A stretch of 64,000 nt of DNA. It comes from Octopus bimaculoides. Taxonomy: Eukaryota. The position numbers were made by a program, and so were the translations under genes. Location: the NCBI RefSeq assembly GCF_001194135.2, contig NC_068981.1, forward strand, positions 161,647,672 to 161,711,671, written 5' to 3'. The notes below the pieces were generated by a model. It searched no databases. It was given only the letters and a program-made list of their open reading frames with translations, and had not been told where the DNA came from. Below, piece after piece: positions 25,034-37,525 of this stretch; position 1 is the stretch's first letter, and each line of letters opens with the position of its first letter.

Positions 25034-25462
25034 TTATATCTCTCTCTTCTTCATACATACACACTCACACATACACATACTCACATATACATACACGCTC
25101 ACACATACACTTGCACACACATATACACTCACACTCACATGTGCACTCATAATTGCACTTGTGCACTCATACTCACACTCACACATGCACTCATACTCAC
25201 ACTCACATGTGCACACATGCACTCTCAATTACACTCATGCTCATAATTACATTCACACCAACAATTACACTTGCACTTACAATTACACTCGCAATTACCT
25301 TCAGACTCACACATGCACTCACAATTACACTCATGCTCATAATTATATTCACACCAACAATTACACTTGCACTTACAATTACACTCACACTCAAAATTAC
25401 CTTCACACTTACACTTGCACTCACACTCACACTTGCAATTGCACTCACACTCACACATACAC
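25034..25462. repeat. Degenerate CA-derived hexamer-phase repeat with 96-bp internal duplication
   Basis: ACACTC/ATTACA/CTTGCA units; caattacactcatgctcataatta... at ~25228 and ~25322. Confidence 0.85.
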
Positions 25463-25928
25463 TTCCTCAGTATTAACAGAAGCAGTTGCAGTATTAGAAC
25501 TGTAAGGTAAACTTAAAAGTATGTGTTTTAAGTCAAAACATGTTTTTAGACTCATTTTGAAAAGTAGTGGTTAGATAAAGATGGATCTTACTAGTTTCAA
25601 ATTTCATTAAAGGTTTCATCAGAGCTTAGTCGTCACTTCCTAGTCACAAGCATCATAATTGGCTTAAAGTAATTCATAATATACATAAACTTAGACAGAA
25701 GTAAATTTGTCTGCCTATTTTAGCATAACAGTGCAAGTGCTGCCAATAAGAATGAATTAATGAATAGCATAGCACTATTTTGAATCATTTAATGCAGGAG
25801 TATGAATAAAAGCAAAGACTCTGGCTCCAATAACCAAATAATTGAAGAATAAAGAAATGATTAATGAGAATGATGATCATGGTGATGGTGGTGATGATGT
25901 TAATATTAACAACAACAACAATAATAAT

Positions 25929-26270
25929 CATCATCATCGTTTAACGTCCGCTTTCCATGCCAGCATGGGTTGGACGATTTGACTGAGGACTGGTGGACCA
26001 GGAGGCGACACCAGGCTCCAATCTGATTTGGCAGAGTTTCTACAGCTGGATGCCCTTCCTAACGCCAACCACTCTGAGAGTGTAGTGGGAGCTTTTACAT
26101 GCCACCGGCACGGGGGTCAGTCAGGTGGGTACTAGCGACGGCCACGCTCGAAATGGTGTATTTTACATGTCACCTGCACAGGAGCCAGTCCATCAGCACT
26201 GGCAACAATCTCGCTCGAATGTTTTTTCAACTGGTGACGATCTCGCTCGAATGTCTTTTCATAATAATAA
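25929..26270 (-). mobile_element. Retroposon family C, well conserved
   Basis: catcatcatcgtttaacgtccgctttccatgc...gcccttcctaacgccaacc. Confidence 0.88.
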
Positions 26271-26670
26271 TAATGATAATTGCCCTGATGCAGTACCAGG
26301 CATTGGCTCCTATGGCTTCTGATCTTAAACTGACTGGAGGTGCTATCATGTACATGTTTTGTTTTGGTATAACAGACAGGCTATTACAAATATTTTTTGG
26401 TCAGCCTGAGGCTATAGCAGAAGACATTTGTGCAAGGTGCCACACAGTGGGACTGAACCCAGCACCATGTGCTTGGGAAGCAAACCTCTTGCCACACAGC
26501 CATTCCTGGATTTTTTTTTATTTGCTGCTAGTTTGATCTTCAAAGGTTGGTGAAATCTCAGGCCATCCTTCTCCTTTACATTCTCTTTATCATTACTTTC
26601 AGGAGGGATCTCATTTTCGTTTTGAAGAGGTTGCTCTTTCTTGCTCAATATTCTTTTTATTTAATGCCTT

Positions 26671-26709
<39 letters not shown>

Positions 26710-27631
26710 TTTTTCTCCGGTTTAGTTAAATTCCTTTCTAACCATTATCTCTTTCTCAATCACACATCAATAGATTAGTGCAACTGGTTGCTACTGTAAA
26801 GAGGTTGAATGCCTGCTTGCTTGTTTTTAAGATTGGGAAGAGATATGTTTTTTTTCTTGCCATTCCCAGAGTTGTGGCTAATGCTATTCTTGAAATCGGG
26901 GATTGCTGCCTTGGCTGGTTTCTATTGCTTTCTCTTCTTGTTTCCTTGCCTAGTCTTTCCAGTTCTTCAAGGCAGAAAGCTCTGACGTGGCTCTTACTAT
27001 GATGACCTGTGTATCAATGAAGCTATTTCCCCCTTCACCATTCATCTCAACACCTTCAACAATGGCATTGTGGTTTGGGGTATCATTAGAACTTGCAAAT
27101 CTATTTTGATGCCATTTAGCTCCATATCACCTATCACCAGTTCAGCTATAACCATCTGCTCATACATCAATATAAAAAATATGACCAGCCATTGTTCTAC
27201 ATTGTTTTCAGTGTCCTCTTCTCATTACCCTTGTATTTTCTACCCCATACACTGGAGTACAAGATAAGCAGTCCTTATGTTTTTTTGGGTATGCTTGTGC
27301 ATGTATTTATGCATCTCCATTTAATAATGGTTTCAAATTTTGGCACAAGGCCACCAAGTTCAGAGGAAGGGACAAGTTGATTATATCGACACCAAAGTTT
27401 AACTGGTACTTATTTTATCGATCGAATCTTGGCAGAATTTGAACTCAGAACATATACTGATGTAAATGTTGGTTGCTTGAAGGTATAGTTAATAATTTCA
27501 GCCTTAAAACTGCAGCAAGCAGCACCATATCAGTTTTCCCTTCCAATTGAGAGATTTTCTTCTGAAATTTCTTGTAATGCATGTTCTAGATACTACTTTA
27601 ATGGTAATTTGATACTGCCACCTTCCTTTAT

Positions 27632-28023
27632 GTTGTTGTTGTTGGTAATCCGTTACTTACGACGTCGAGGGTTCCAGTTGATCCGATCAACAGAACAGCC
27701 TGCTCGTGAAATTAATGTGCAAGTGGCTGAGCACTCCACAGACATGTGTACCCTTAACGTAGTTCTCGGGGATATTCAGCGTGACACAGAGTATGACAAG
27801 GCTGACCCTTTGAAATACAGGTACAACAGAAGCAGAAGAAAGAGTGACAGAAAGTTGTGGTGGAAGAGTACAGCAGGGTTCGCCACCATCCCCTGCCGGA
27901 GCCTCGTGGAGCTTTAGGTGTTTTGGCTCAATAAGCACTCACAACGCCCGGTCTGGGAATCGAAACCGCAATCCTATGACCATGAGTCCGCTGCCCTAAC
28001 CACTGGGCCATTGCGCCTCCACG
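27632..28023 (-). mobile_element. SINE family D, full length, 12-bp TSD
   Basis: tRNA-like A/B boxes, (AAC)n tail; accttcctttat at 27620-27631 and 28024-28035. Confidence 0.93.
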
Positions 28024-28927
28024 ACCTTCCTTTATAAAACACAGGTATATTATTTTTTTACTTTGCTCTCTCTTGGATGACATCCTCCAGCAGAGAGACA
28101 TTGTTTGGTTTTACATAATTTTCTCAACTAATTTTATTCTAAGAACTGTTAAATATAAAAATTTCTGTTTGTCATGATAGAAGCAAGATTATCTTAGCTG
28201 CTATATGAATGATTTAAAGTGTTTTGTCTCTGTACAAGTGTTGCTGCAGTTATTGCTATCTTCAAAAGTATTTGTTAAACTCTTCAAAATATTTTAAAAT
28301 TTCATTAATTGCTCATTAAAATGTTAATTCTTTTTTCCTGTTTTTTTTTATTTGGAAGTGCAGTTTGTTTTAGTGCTGTCTTTGTTTGATATTTGCTGTT
28401 GTTTGTATTTTGTATATTGAGGATATCTGCCAGACATTTTAAATATAAAATCTAGTTAAAATGTGTAAGCAAATGAAATAAAGACCGTAAAGGCAAAGCT
28501 TTATTTCTGCCTCTCCCTGGGTAGTGATGCCCTTAGCTACTTAAAATCCATTTTGGGTGATTGATCCAAAGAAATTTTCAAACTTGAATAAAGCTGTGTC
28601 TCAAAGAGAGAAGATAAAACATGTGTTCACATTATGAGAGTAAACAACAATAACAATAATTATAATAAAACTTTGTTTTATTTCTCAAATGGAAATAAAT
28701 GGGATTATATGATAACAAAGTATAGAATGGTGATGGTTTGCATTGAGTATAAAAGTAAACAGCAAATATGAAATATATGTTAAAAGTGATGTGAAAAATA
28801 TTGTATGTGTCCCAAAAGGGAGACAACCTTATTGGGTGGTTAACTTAATCTATTGCCTGGTTTAATACTACCACATTTCTCCCTGGCTTTTAACAGAGCC
28901 CACTGTGTTGCAAGTATTTAGGCCAGG

Positions 28928-29378
28928 CGGCGATCTTTCGGTACGATTACCTAAATATCGGCCTTTTCCGTAAAAAGTGTCTTCGGCGATCTTTACCAAA
29001 GATCGGCCTTTTCTGTAACACCCGCACGATCTTCACTACGGTGTTAGGGTTAGGGTTTTAGTGTCAGGGTTAGGGTTTTAAGGTTAGGGTTTTAGGGTTA
29101 GGGTTAGTGTTTAGGGTTAGGGTTAGGGTTATGGTTAGGGACAGAATTCCCTAACGCAAACCCTAAAACCCAAACCCTAATTGTAAACCTCACCCTAACC
29201 ATAACTGAAAACCCTTCAAAATAAATCACGCTCTCTGTATGTCTTTCGCTGTTATGACATTGTTTCCCTGTTTTTCTCCAACATTTTTTACGGAAAAGGC
29301 CAATCTTTGGTAAAGATCGCTGAAGACACTTTTTACGGAAAAGGCCGATATTTAGGTAATCGTACCAAAAGATCACCG
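28928..29378. mobile_element. Unclassified non-autonomous TIR element with internal inverted telomere-like repeats
   Basis: 91-bp TIRs (28928-29018, 29288-29378; 5 mismatches), GCCAGG duplicated at 28922-28927 and 29379-29384, (TTAGGG)-like 29043-29140 then (CCCTAA)-like 29149-29215. Confidence 0.9.
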
Positions 29379-29659
29379 GCCAGGCCTCCAGTTTAAGGAT
29401 ACTTTACTCCCTCCCTTTCATTAGTCTCAGAATCTCTGTAAAGAGTCTTTAGTACTGCTCTTTTTTCATGACAAAAATCAAAGAAATTCTGGGAAATTGC
29501 CTGCTGTTATTTGTACTGTCTAGCCAAGTTCTTCATTCCCAATTGCTCATTCACTTTGAACATACTTACCACTCTTATCCACCTTTCAGCAAATTTATTT
29601 AAAGACAGTACTTCTCTTTCTCCCTCTACTCCCACCTTCCATCTCTATCCTTTCCTCCC

Positions 29660-29995
29660 TCATTGGGTAACTCTTGAAATATTGGTTTCAAATTTTGCCA
29701 CAAGGCCAGCAGTTTCAGGGAAGGGGTATAGTCGAATATTGAATCCAGTATTCAACTGGTACGTATTTTATCATCCCTGATAAAATGAAAGGCAAAGTTG
29801 ATCTCGGTGGAATTTGAACTCAGAACATAAAGATGGACAAAATGCTGCTAAGCAGTTTTGGCATGCTAACAATTTTGCCAGCTTGCCACTTTGGCTCTTG
29901 AAATATTGCTTTCAAATTTTGGCACAAGACCAGCAATTTGGAGGGAAGAGACAAGTCAATTACATCAACCTCAGCGTTCAACTGGTACTTATTTA
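29660..29995 (-). mobile_element. Two adjacent SINE family B fragments
   Basis: ttggtttcaaattttgccacaaggcc..., ggaatttgaactcagaa, then a second aaattttggcacaagacc tail. Confidence 0.7.
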
Positions 29996-30049
29996 ATGAC
30001 CTTAGTAATAATAATGATAATAATAATAATAACAATAATAATAATAATA

Positions 30050-31200
30050 AAGAGACAAAAAAACAACATGAAAATAGAATTACAAAAGACACTGAAGGAA
30101 AAATGGAGAGAAAAATCACTCCATGATCAATACCATGAAAGGTTTGACAAAGTGGAAGTGATTCTAAATAAAAGCCAACAATGGCTCAAAAACCCTGAAC
30201 TAAAAGTTGAAACAGAAGGGCTGATTTTCACTGCACAAGACCAATGCCTGACTACAAACAATTATAAAAACAAAATAATGAAAAGCGGCCCGAACACCAA
30301 ATGCAGTGTCTGCAACCAGCACAGTTAGACTGTTGCCCACATCATCTTAGGCTGCCCAGTCCTTGCCAAATCTGAATATATATACTGTATACAGACACGT
30401 CTGAGTAAGTAGTTATATCCATTAGACAAGATGCCAACATTACAGCATTAAAGCTGACAATAGATGGTATAAACATGTGCTAAACAAGGTACAAGACAAC
30501 AACCAGGCCACAATTATCTAGGATATGCCAGTTCAAATCAACAAAGAAATAGAAGCTAATCACCCAGACATAGTAATTAAGAATTGGGAAAGAAATACCT
30601 GCTACTGATAGACATTGCAGTCCCTTCTGATCAAAATATTATCTAGAAAGAAGTGGAGAAATAGTCAAAGTACAAAGACCTCAAGATTGAAATATTCAAG
30701 ATGTAGAGCATGAAGGTAAAAACTACCAATGATAATTGAAGCATTGGGCATGATAAAAAAGACATATGGACAAAAACATAGAAGCTATACCTGGATCCCC
30801 AACTCTACACACTATCCAAAAAATATCCCTGCTAGGAACAGCTTACATCCTATGCAAGACACTATCAATTCAATAATACAACCTAAACAAAACAACCCAC
30901 AAACACAAGACTCTCTATACAGCAATTACCCAGTGAAATAAACTTCCACCAGCAAACTAGATAACCAATGCATTACCCACTCAACACACAATACAAGCAG
31001 TAATACATAAAAAGACTGCACCACACTCCAAGAGAAAAAATTACTAACACTATACAATACTGGGAAAAGCTTATGCACTCCCAACAACAGAAAAGAACGC
31101 ACAATGCTGCACACATCCCAGCAACATGGAGGTGTAGCAGGTGATGCAGTAGAAATTTGCCTCAAACTACCAAATGTCGAACAATTATACAATAATAATA
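30050..31200 (+). pseudogene. R4/Dong-like LINE 3' part: post-RT region, CCHC finger, restriction-like endonuclease, long 3'UTR
   Basis: W..K.LH.QY; WLK..ELKVETEGLIFTAQDQ.L.T; CSVC..HS*TVAHIILGCPVLA; HPDIV..IDIAVP.D..EK..KYKDL; LLGTAYIL.KTLSIQ*; (TAA)n-like tracts both sides. Confidence 0.88.
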
Positions 31201-31560
31201 ACCATGTTGGTAATGATAATAATGATAATTTTATTGCTACCAGGACCCATTCATACATACAAAACAAAATGAATTAAAAGAGTGGAGTTACACAGGCAAA
31301 ATTGTATAAAAGTGGTATGACAAACACAGGACAATATATTAAAGATAATAATCTTTTTTTTATAGATAACACTAAGTAAATGAATATATAACACTCATTC
31401 ATTTCTTTGTCTGATTTTCCATGCTAGTATGGGTTAGATGAATATGAATTATTGAAGTGTTTTAAAGTTGGGTCTAAACCTGAAACCATGTGGTTGGTTA
31501 GAAAGCATACTTCTTAACTACACAACCATGCCTGTGTCTAGATAGATGAATGAATATATA

Positions 31561-31564
<4 letters not shown>

Positions 31565-31636
<72 letters not shown>
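31565..31636. repeat. (GT)n microsatellite
   Basis: Direct. Confidence 0.95.
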
Positions 31637-31640
<4 letters not shown>

Positions 31641-32156
31641 AGGAGAGAGAGAGAGGATTAAATGAAATATAAAGAAAAAGTGATAACAAATGAATAGTAA
31701 ACCCACTTCCACATGGGTGAGGAGATACCACCTGGGTTTGATCACAGCACTCCATGACCCTGGTCACGTGCCACTCATCTACTCCACATTCATGTCCTGA
31801 AAATGCTCAGTTCCCTAAAAAATATATGAATGAACTTATTTTCTACTATCACGTTTGTTCTCTTTGATATATATACGTATAGTAAGCTATACGTATGAAC
31901 ACTTCACTTTAAATTTGCACTGCATAACCTACAAACACAACTCTTCTGTCTCATAGACTTATGACATGATTTGTGCAATAAACAAATGATAATAAATAAG
32001 CAGAAAAAAAAAAGAAGTAAATTTTGCTCTCCTAATTCAGCTGATGTCTGGCTTTACTAAACGTGCACTGTCTCAACTTTGAAACTCAAATTTCATTCAT
32101 ATGTCATACAGTATAACACACTCAGCCACACACGAACACACACACATATAGACACA

Positions 32157-32201
<45 letters not shown>

Positions 32202-32220
32202 ATCTATATGCGTGTCAAAA

Positions 32221-32269
<49 letters not shown>

Positions 32270-32562
32270 CGTGAGAGAGTTAGGGGTTGGGGGTTCAACC
32301 CACTAAGCGATAGTATCTATCCAGTATACTGCTGGGAGGGTACCCAATTATTGCTACACTAGTGCTATACTAAGTGCAATCAATGGAAGCGGTGAAAAGT
32401 GGAGGTTTTACCACAAATTTGTATAACAATTAGAAAATGGAGGATAATATGCTGAACCCAAATACTTGCAGACAATGTATCCCGTTGAATTCAAATTAAT
32501 ATATATATATATATATATATATACGCACACATATGATGTGTGTGTGTGTGTGTGTGTATATA

Positions 32563-32880
32563 TATCATCATCATCATCATCATTTAATGTCCGTTGTCCA
32601 TGCTGGCATGGGTTGGATGGGCTGGCATGCTGGAAGGCTGCAGCAGACTCCAGTCAGATTTGGTATGGTTTTCTACAGCTGGATGCACTTCCTAATGCCA
32701 GCCACTCAGAGAGAGTGTAATGGGTACTTTTGCATGCCATTTGCATGAAACTGGCATGTGTTTATGTGCCACTGGCATGGGTGCCAATATGCATGACACT
32801 GGTATCTGCCATGACTGCGATTTTGCTCGCCTTGATAGGTGTTCTTCTCGAGCGTGAGACCCAACACTCGAAAAGAACTT
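32563..32880 (-). mobile_element. Retroposon family C, diverged
   Basis: (CAT)n, ttaatgtccgttgtccatgctggcatggg, ctacagctggatgc. Confidence 0.75.
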
Positions 32881-32989
32881 AGCTACTTTGCCTCCTAACT
32901 GGAGCAATGTGAAATAAAGTGTCTTGCTCAAGAATACAACACGCAGCCCGGTATATATGTGTGTGTATATATATATATGTGTGTGTGTG

Positions 32990-33034
<45 letters not shown>

Positions 33035-33450
33035 NNNNNNNNNNNNNNNNNNNNNNNNNNNNNNNNNNNNNNNNNNNNNNNNNNNNNNNNNNNNNNNNNN
33101 NNNNNNNNNNNNNNNNNNNNNNNNNNNNNNNNNNNNNNNNNNNNNNNNNNNNNNNNNNNNNNNNNNNNNNNNNNNNNNNNNNNNNNNNNNNNNNNNNNNN
33201 NNNNNNNNNNNNNNNNNNNNNNNNNNNNNNNNNNNNNNNNNNNNNNNNNNNNNNNNNNNNNNNNNNNNNNNNNNNNNNNNNNNNNNNNNNNNNNNNNNNN
33301 NNNNNNNNNNNNNNNNNNNNNNNNNNNNNNNNNNNNNNNNNNNNNNNNNNNNNNNNNNNNNNNNNNNNNNNNNNNNNNNNNNNNNNNNNNNNNNNNNNNN
33401 NNNNNNNNNNNNNNNNNNNNNNNNNATATATATATATATATATATATATA

Positions 33451-34005
33451 CAGGGTTGGCCAAAAATCACATGACTGTAAATCAAAATCATTTAATTCCA
33501 AGACTTATTTATGTTCTGAATGAATTTAATAAAAGCATCTAAATATGAAACATCATGAAAATAGTTCAAACTGAAGTCCTTCTTGAGTGGCACATTTTTC
33601 CATTGGAGTCAATACAGAATTACAGAGAGTATTTATGGAATTTTGATTTACTGTTGGGTGACTTTTGGCTACACTGTATATATTCTATTATATGCTTCAG
33701 CTCTAAGGCTATGGCCATGCTTGAGCACAACCAGTGTAATATAGCCAATCTTATGTGATTGGCTTGTGGTGAAGGGAGGTATTCGACATTGCTACTCTCT
33801 TTTGAGGTGGGCCAAAAATCATGCACAAAATAACTTCAATATACTCTGGAATTATGAGACAGGCTTCAATTTTTCTAAAACTGAATGAAATAAAATAATG
33901 ATGAATACTAACGTACTTGTTCATGATGAACAAAATTAATAGTAATAATAACATAATTTGAATTAAATGTCAAATGTTTTGGTGAGTGACTTTTGGCCCA
34001 CCCTG
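33451..34005. mobile_element. Tc1/mariner-type MITE
   Basis: 20-bp TIR cagggttggccaaaaatcac vs cagggtgggccaaaagtcac (2 mismatches); TA on left, CA on right; internal TIR-like copy at ~33805. Confidence 0.7.
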
Positions 34006-34526
34006 CATGTGTGTACTCTCACACACACACACACACACAAACAACCAAAAAAGCTGGAATGATAAAACCTGTCAGAATTAACCCAAAACAAAGGCAACAG
34101 TTATATGAGCATCATTGCTGATCTAGTTTATATTATACAAAACAAACAAAAAAAACAAAGCAAAAAGGAAACAGTCTTGAATTTCTTTTTTTTTTACTGC
34201 CACTTATTGTTCGCTAGCATGTGAGTAATGATTTTCATTGAGGCATATAATTTTACTAGTGAATGTACTTCTTATTATTAACCACTCAACTGTAAGAGTA
34301 ATATTTGTTATACAGGTAAATTTCTATAGGCCTGTCTAGGGCAGTGGTATATTAACTGTGTGTAAAAACACATTAATGCCACATTTTTGTATCTGGTTTG
34401 CAAAATTCTTCATGTGAGCTCATGTGTTGAAACATATTTTGTTGTATTTTAAGAGGGTCACTGTGCCAATATTAAACACAAGTACTGGTTCTATTTCACT
34501 TTCATTTATTATCATTTTTCAATTAA

Positions 34527-34746
34527 CCCTTTGGCATTCAGGTTACTCTGTCAAATGTAATGCTTATTTATTCACATTGTTTGAAATTAATCATGCATTA
34601 TCTTATAGCTTTGAGATTTCAGTGATGTCATTCTTTATTTTTGGAATAACATTGGAAGGTAGGTGTGAGATTCTGAATCTGGCAAATTTGACCATAAAAC
34701 AGGTAGAATATTAGGGCCAGATATGACCGGTTTAAAGACTAAAGGG
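34527..34746. mobile_element. piggyBac-like MITE
   Basis: TTAA|CCCTTT...AAAGGG|TTAA. Confidence 0.75.
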
Positions 34747-34752
34747 TTAAAG

Positions 34753-35180
34753 ATGACAAACTAGCAGAATCATTAACATGCTGTGTAAAATGCTTAGCGG
34801 CATTTCGTCTGTCTTTAAGTTCTGAGTTCAAATTCTGCCGAGGTTGACTTTGCCTGTCATCCTTTCAGGGTTGATACAATAAGTGCCAGTTGAGCACTGG
34901 GGTCAATGTAATTGACTAACTCCTCCCTCAAAATTTGAGGTCTTGTGCCTAAAGTAGAAAGGATTAGTATTTATCAATTGAGGATGGCAAGTTAGTAAAT
35001 TGTTAGCATGCTGAACAAAATGCTGAGTGGCATACCCTCTGGCTTTGCATTCTGAGTTCAAATTCTGTCAAGGTCAGTTTTGCTGTTCATCCTTTCAAGG
35101 TCAATAAATTAAGTACCAGTGTAACACTATGGTTGACACAATCAACTAGCCCCCTACAAATTTCAGACCTTGTGCCTATT
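34753..35180 (+). mobile_element. Two tandem SINE family B copies
   Basis: Starts ~34753 and ~34981. Confidence 0.8.
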
Positions 35181-35244
35181 GTACATACATACACTCTCAT
35201 ACATACATACAGAATTACTATATCTTATTATAATAGAAATTATC

Positions 35245-35475
35245 ATTAGTCCATTAGTTAACCATTAAGCAATCAATTGTTTGATTAATCACTTGGTCAA
35301 TCCATCAATCAATCAGCTAGGTTTACTGAAGTCCTTTTGTTGCTATTCATGGCCATATCAGTAACATGTCCCCTCTACTTCAGGTGACAAAGATATCTGA
35401 GTGATTGGGTTAACCGAAAGATTAATCAAACAATTGATTAGTTAACTGGTTAAATAATTAACCAATAGACTGATA
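35245..35475. repeat. Old foldback element
   Basis: aatcaattgtttgattaatc (35271-35290) is the exact reverse complement of 35420-35439, with diverged extensions. Confidence 0.75.
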
Positions 35476-35541
35476 AGAAGAATAAAAGGATTGAAATAGA
35501 ACTAGTGTGTGCATGTGTTTATTAATGCCATAATGACCCAC

Positions 35542-35673
35542 CTGAGGTGAAACACTAATGCTTTTGGATAAACTGGGAACATCACAATCATATCTTCCTT
35601 GACCTTTTCTTTTGTCATATATACTCTTCAGGATCCACACTTTAGTTAAGAAACCAATGTTTTAACTAATAAT
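35542..35673 (-). other. Candidate 132-nt exon (5'UTR/start-containing or non-coding)
   Basis: Very strong acceptor tttcttccttatatttttttttctcttatccttcctag and CAG|gtgggt donor; all three frames hit a stop in the first 30 nt. Confidence 0.3.
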
Positions 35674-36984
35674 CTAGGAAGGATAAGAGAAAAAAAAATA
35701 TAAGGAAGAAATATTTGTTATGTAATGTGTTTATACACAATCTTTCTCTCTCTCACTCACACACATACATATATGTATATAAACTGCACAGGCGCACAAA
35801 TTTATATGTGTGTGTTTCCATGTAAGTATGGGTAATAAGAGATTTCTGAGTTTTACACTTAATTCATACTTACCTTTCATGAAGTGGAGATGTGTTGTTT
35901 GGTGAACAAAGAGAAAAAATGGGAAAGTGTTTGTCTCTGGGTGAATTCTTTGAAACTTGGTTATAAATAAAAATCTTCAGTTACCTTATAGATATTGTAC
36001 TCCAGATACCATATGCTTTCAACTACCATGTGTATTGAGAACATTATATATTTTTGTACTATTACACATTCTCTAACAAATAGTTGATCCCTTTTGAATC
36101 CATTTCAGGACCCTGGGACATTCATTTCCTATGCTTTGCTCCCACCCCATGCTTCCCAGAACAAGTTGAAAGCTTATCACTGGTGGTACTGGTATATGCC
36201 TTTACCTAAGGCCCAAACATATCCCTTGTTAATCCATGCAATGGATAATGGGGTAGCCTTTCAAATGACCATACTCCATCTTAGAATGGTCTTATTCTAG
36301 GTACCAAGCAGGTATTAGTGTTGGGTTGCAACAGTTGTATCTCAGACTCTATCGGGGATGTGCCTGAGATCTATACCACCATGACTCCCACCCATGAATT
36401 ACATATTTTTGTACTATTACACAATTTCTAATAGTTGTTCCCTTTGCAGCTGATAAGGAACACAGGACATTTGAGTTTCATATGTGAACAAGAAGTGGTA
36501 GGAGAAAATATGCAGGAAGGAAGAAGAAAAGAGTAATGAAGTGAGAAAAAGCAGGCAAAGTCATGAGTGAGTTGGAGAAATATTACCTTGCTTTAAAACA
36601 GGTCATGGTTGATATCAGGAAGGTCGCCTGACCATTGAAAATCTGCCTCAAACGAACTCTGCCTGACTCATGCATGCTTGGAAAAAGTGTATGTTAAAAT
36701 GATGATGATGATGACGAATTATGTTGATGATCACCCTTAGAGAAAGGTAAAGCACTTCTGAGATTATCTTCTTTACCTACCAATGAAAATATCTTATCAA
36801 TTAATAATTTCCTACTGATTCGCTTTTGAATAGATTTTTGATTTTAATTGCATTAGTCTTTAAATAAGATTTCACCTATTAATATATAGATCTTAATGTA
36901 TTGTTGTTTTTAGTTCCTTGTACCTGCATATGAATCCTGGTTGAAAAGATCTATGGTAAAAGATATTCGTGCCATGGACCCTTT

Positions 36985-37356
36985 TTTTCTTGTTTCAGTC
37001 ATTTGACTGCTGCCATGCTGGAGCACCTCCTTGAAAAGTTTTAGTTGAACAAATCGACCTCAGGACTTTTTTTTTTTTTAAGCCTAGTACTTATTCTATC
37101 GGTTTCTTTTTCTGAACTGCCATGTTATGGGGATGCAAACACACCAACACCAGTTGTCAAGCAGTGGTGAGTGACAAACACAAATACACAGACACACGCA
37201 CACACACACACACACATACACACAGACNNNNNNNNNNNNNNNNNNNNNNNNNNNNNNNNNNNNNNNNNNNNNNNNNNNNNNNNNNNNNNNNNNNNNNNNN
37301 NNNNNNNNNNNNNNNNNNNNNNNNNNNNNNNNNNNNNNNNNNNNNNNNNNNNNNNN

Positions 37357-37393
<37 letters not shown>

Positions 37394-37525
37394 CTATATA
37401 CGATGGCCTTCTTTCAGTTTCCATCTACCAAATCCATTCATAAGGCTTCGGTCAGCCCAAGGATATAGTAGAAGACATTTGCCCAAGGTGCCACACAGTG
37501 GGACTGAACCTAGAACCACGTGGTT
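36985..37525 (-). mobile_element. SINE family A with N-gap in internal microsatellite
   Basis: Tail at 36985-37190, core at 37400-37525. Confidence 0.82.

Noticed and set aside
25225-25458. Metallothionein-like CxCxC ORF
   Set aside because: Direct translation of a degenerate (TG)-derived repeat; other frames are equally open; no gene context
29043-29215. Chromosome-fusion scar
   Set aside because: Short, degenerate, and enclosed by TIRs with a TSD, which fits a mobile element better
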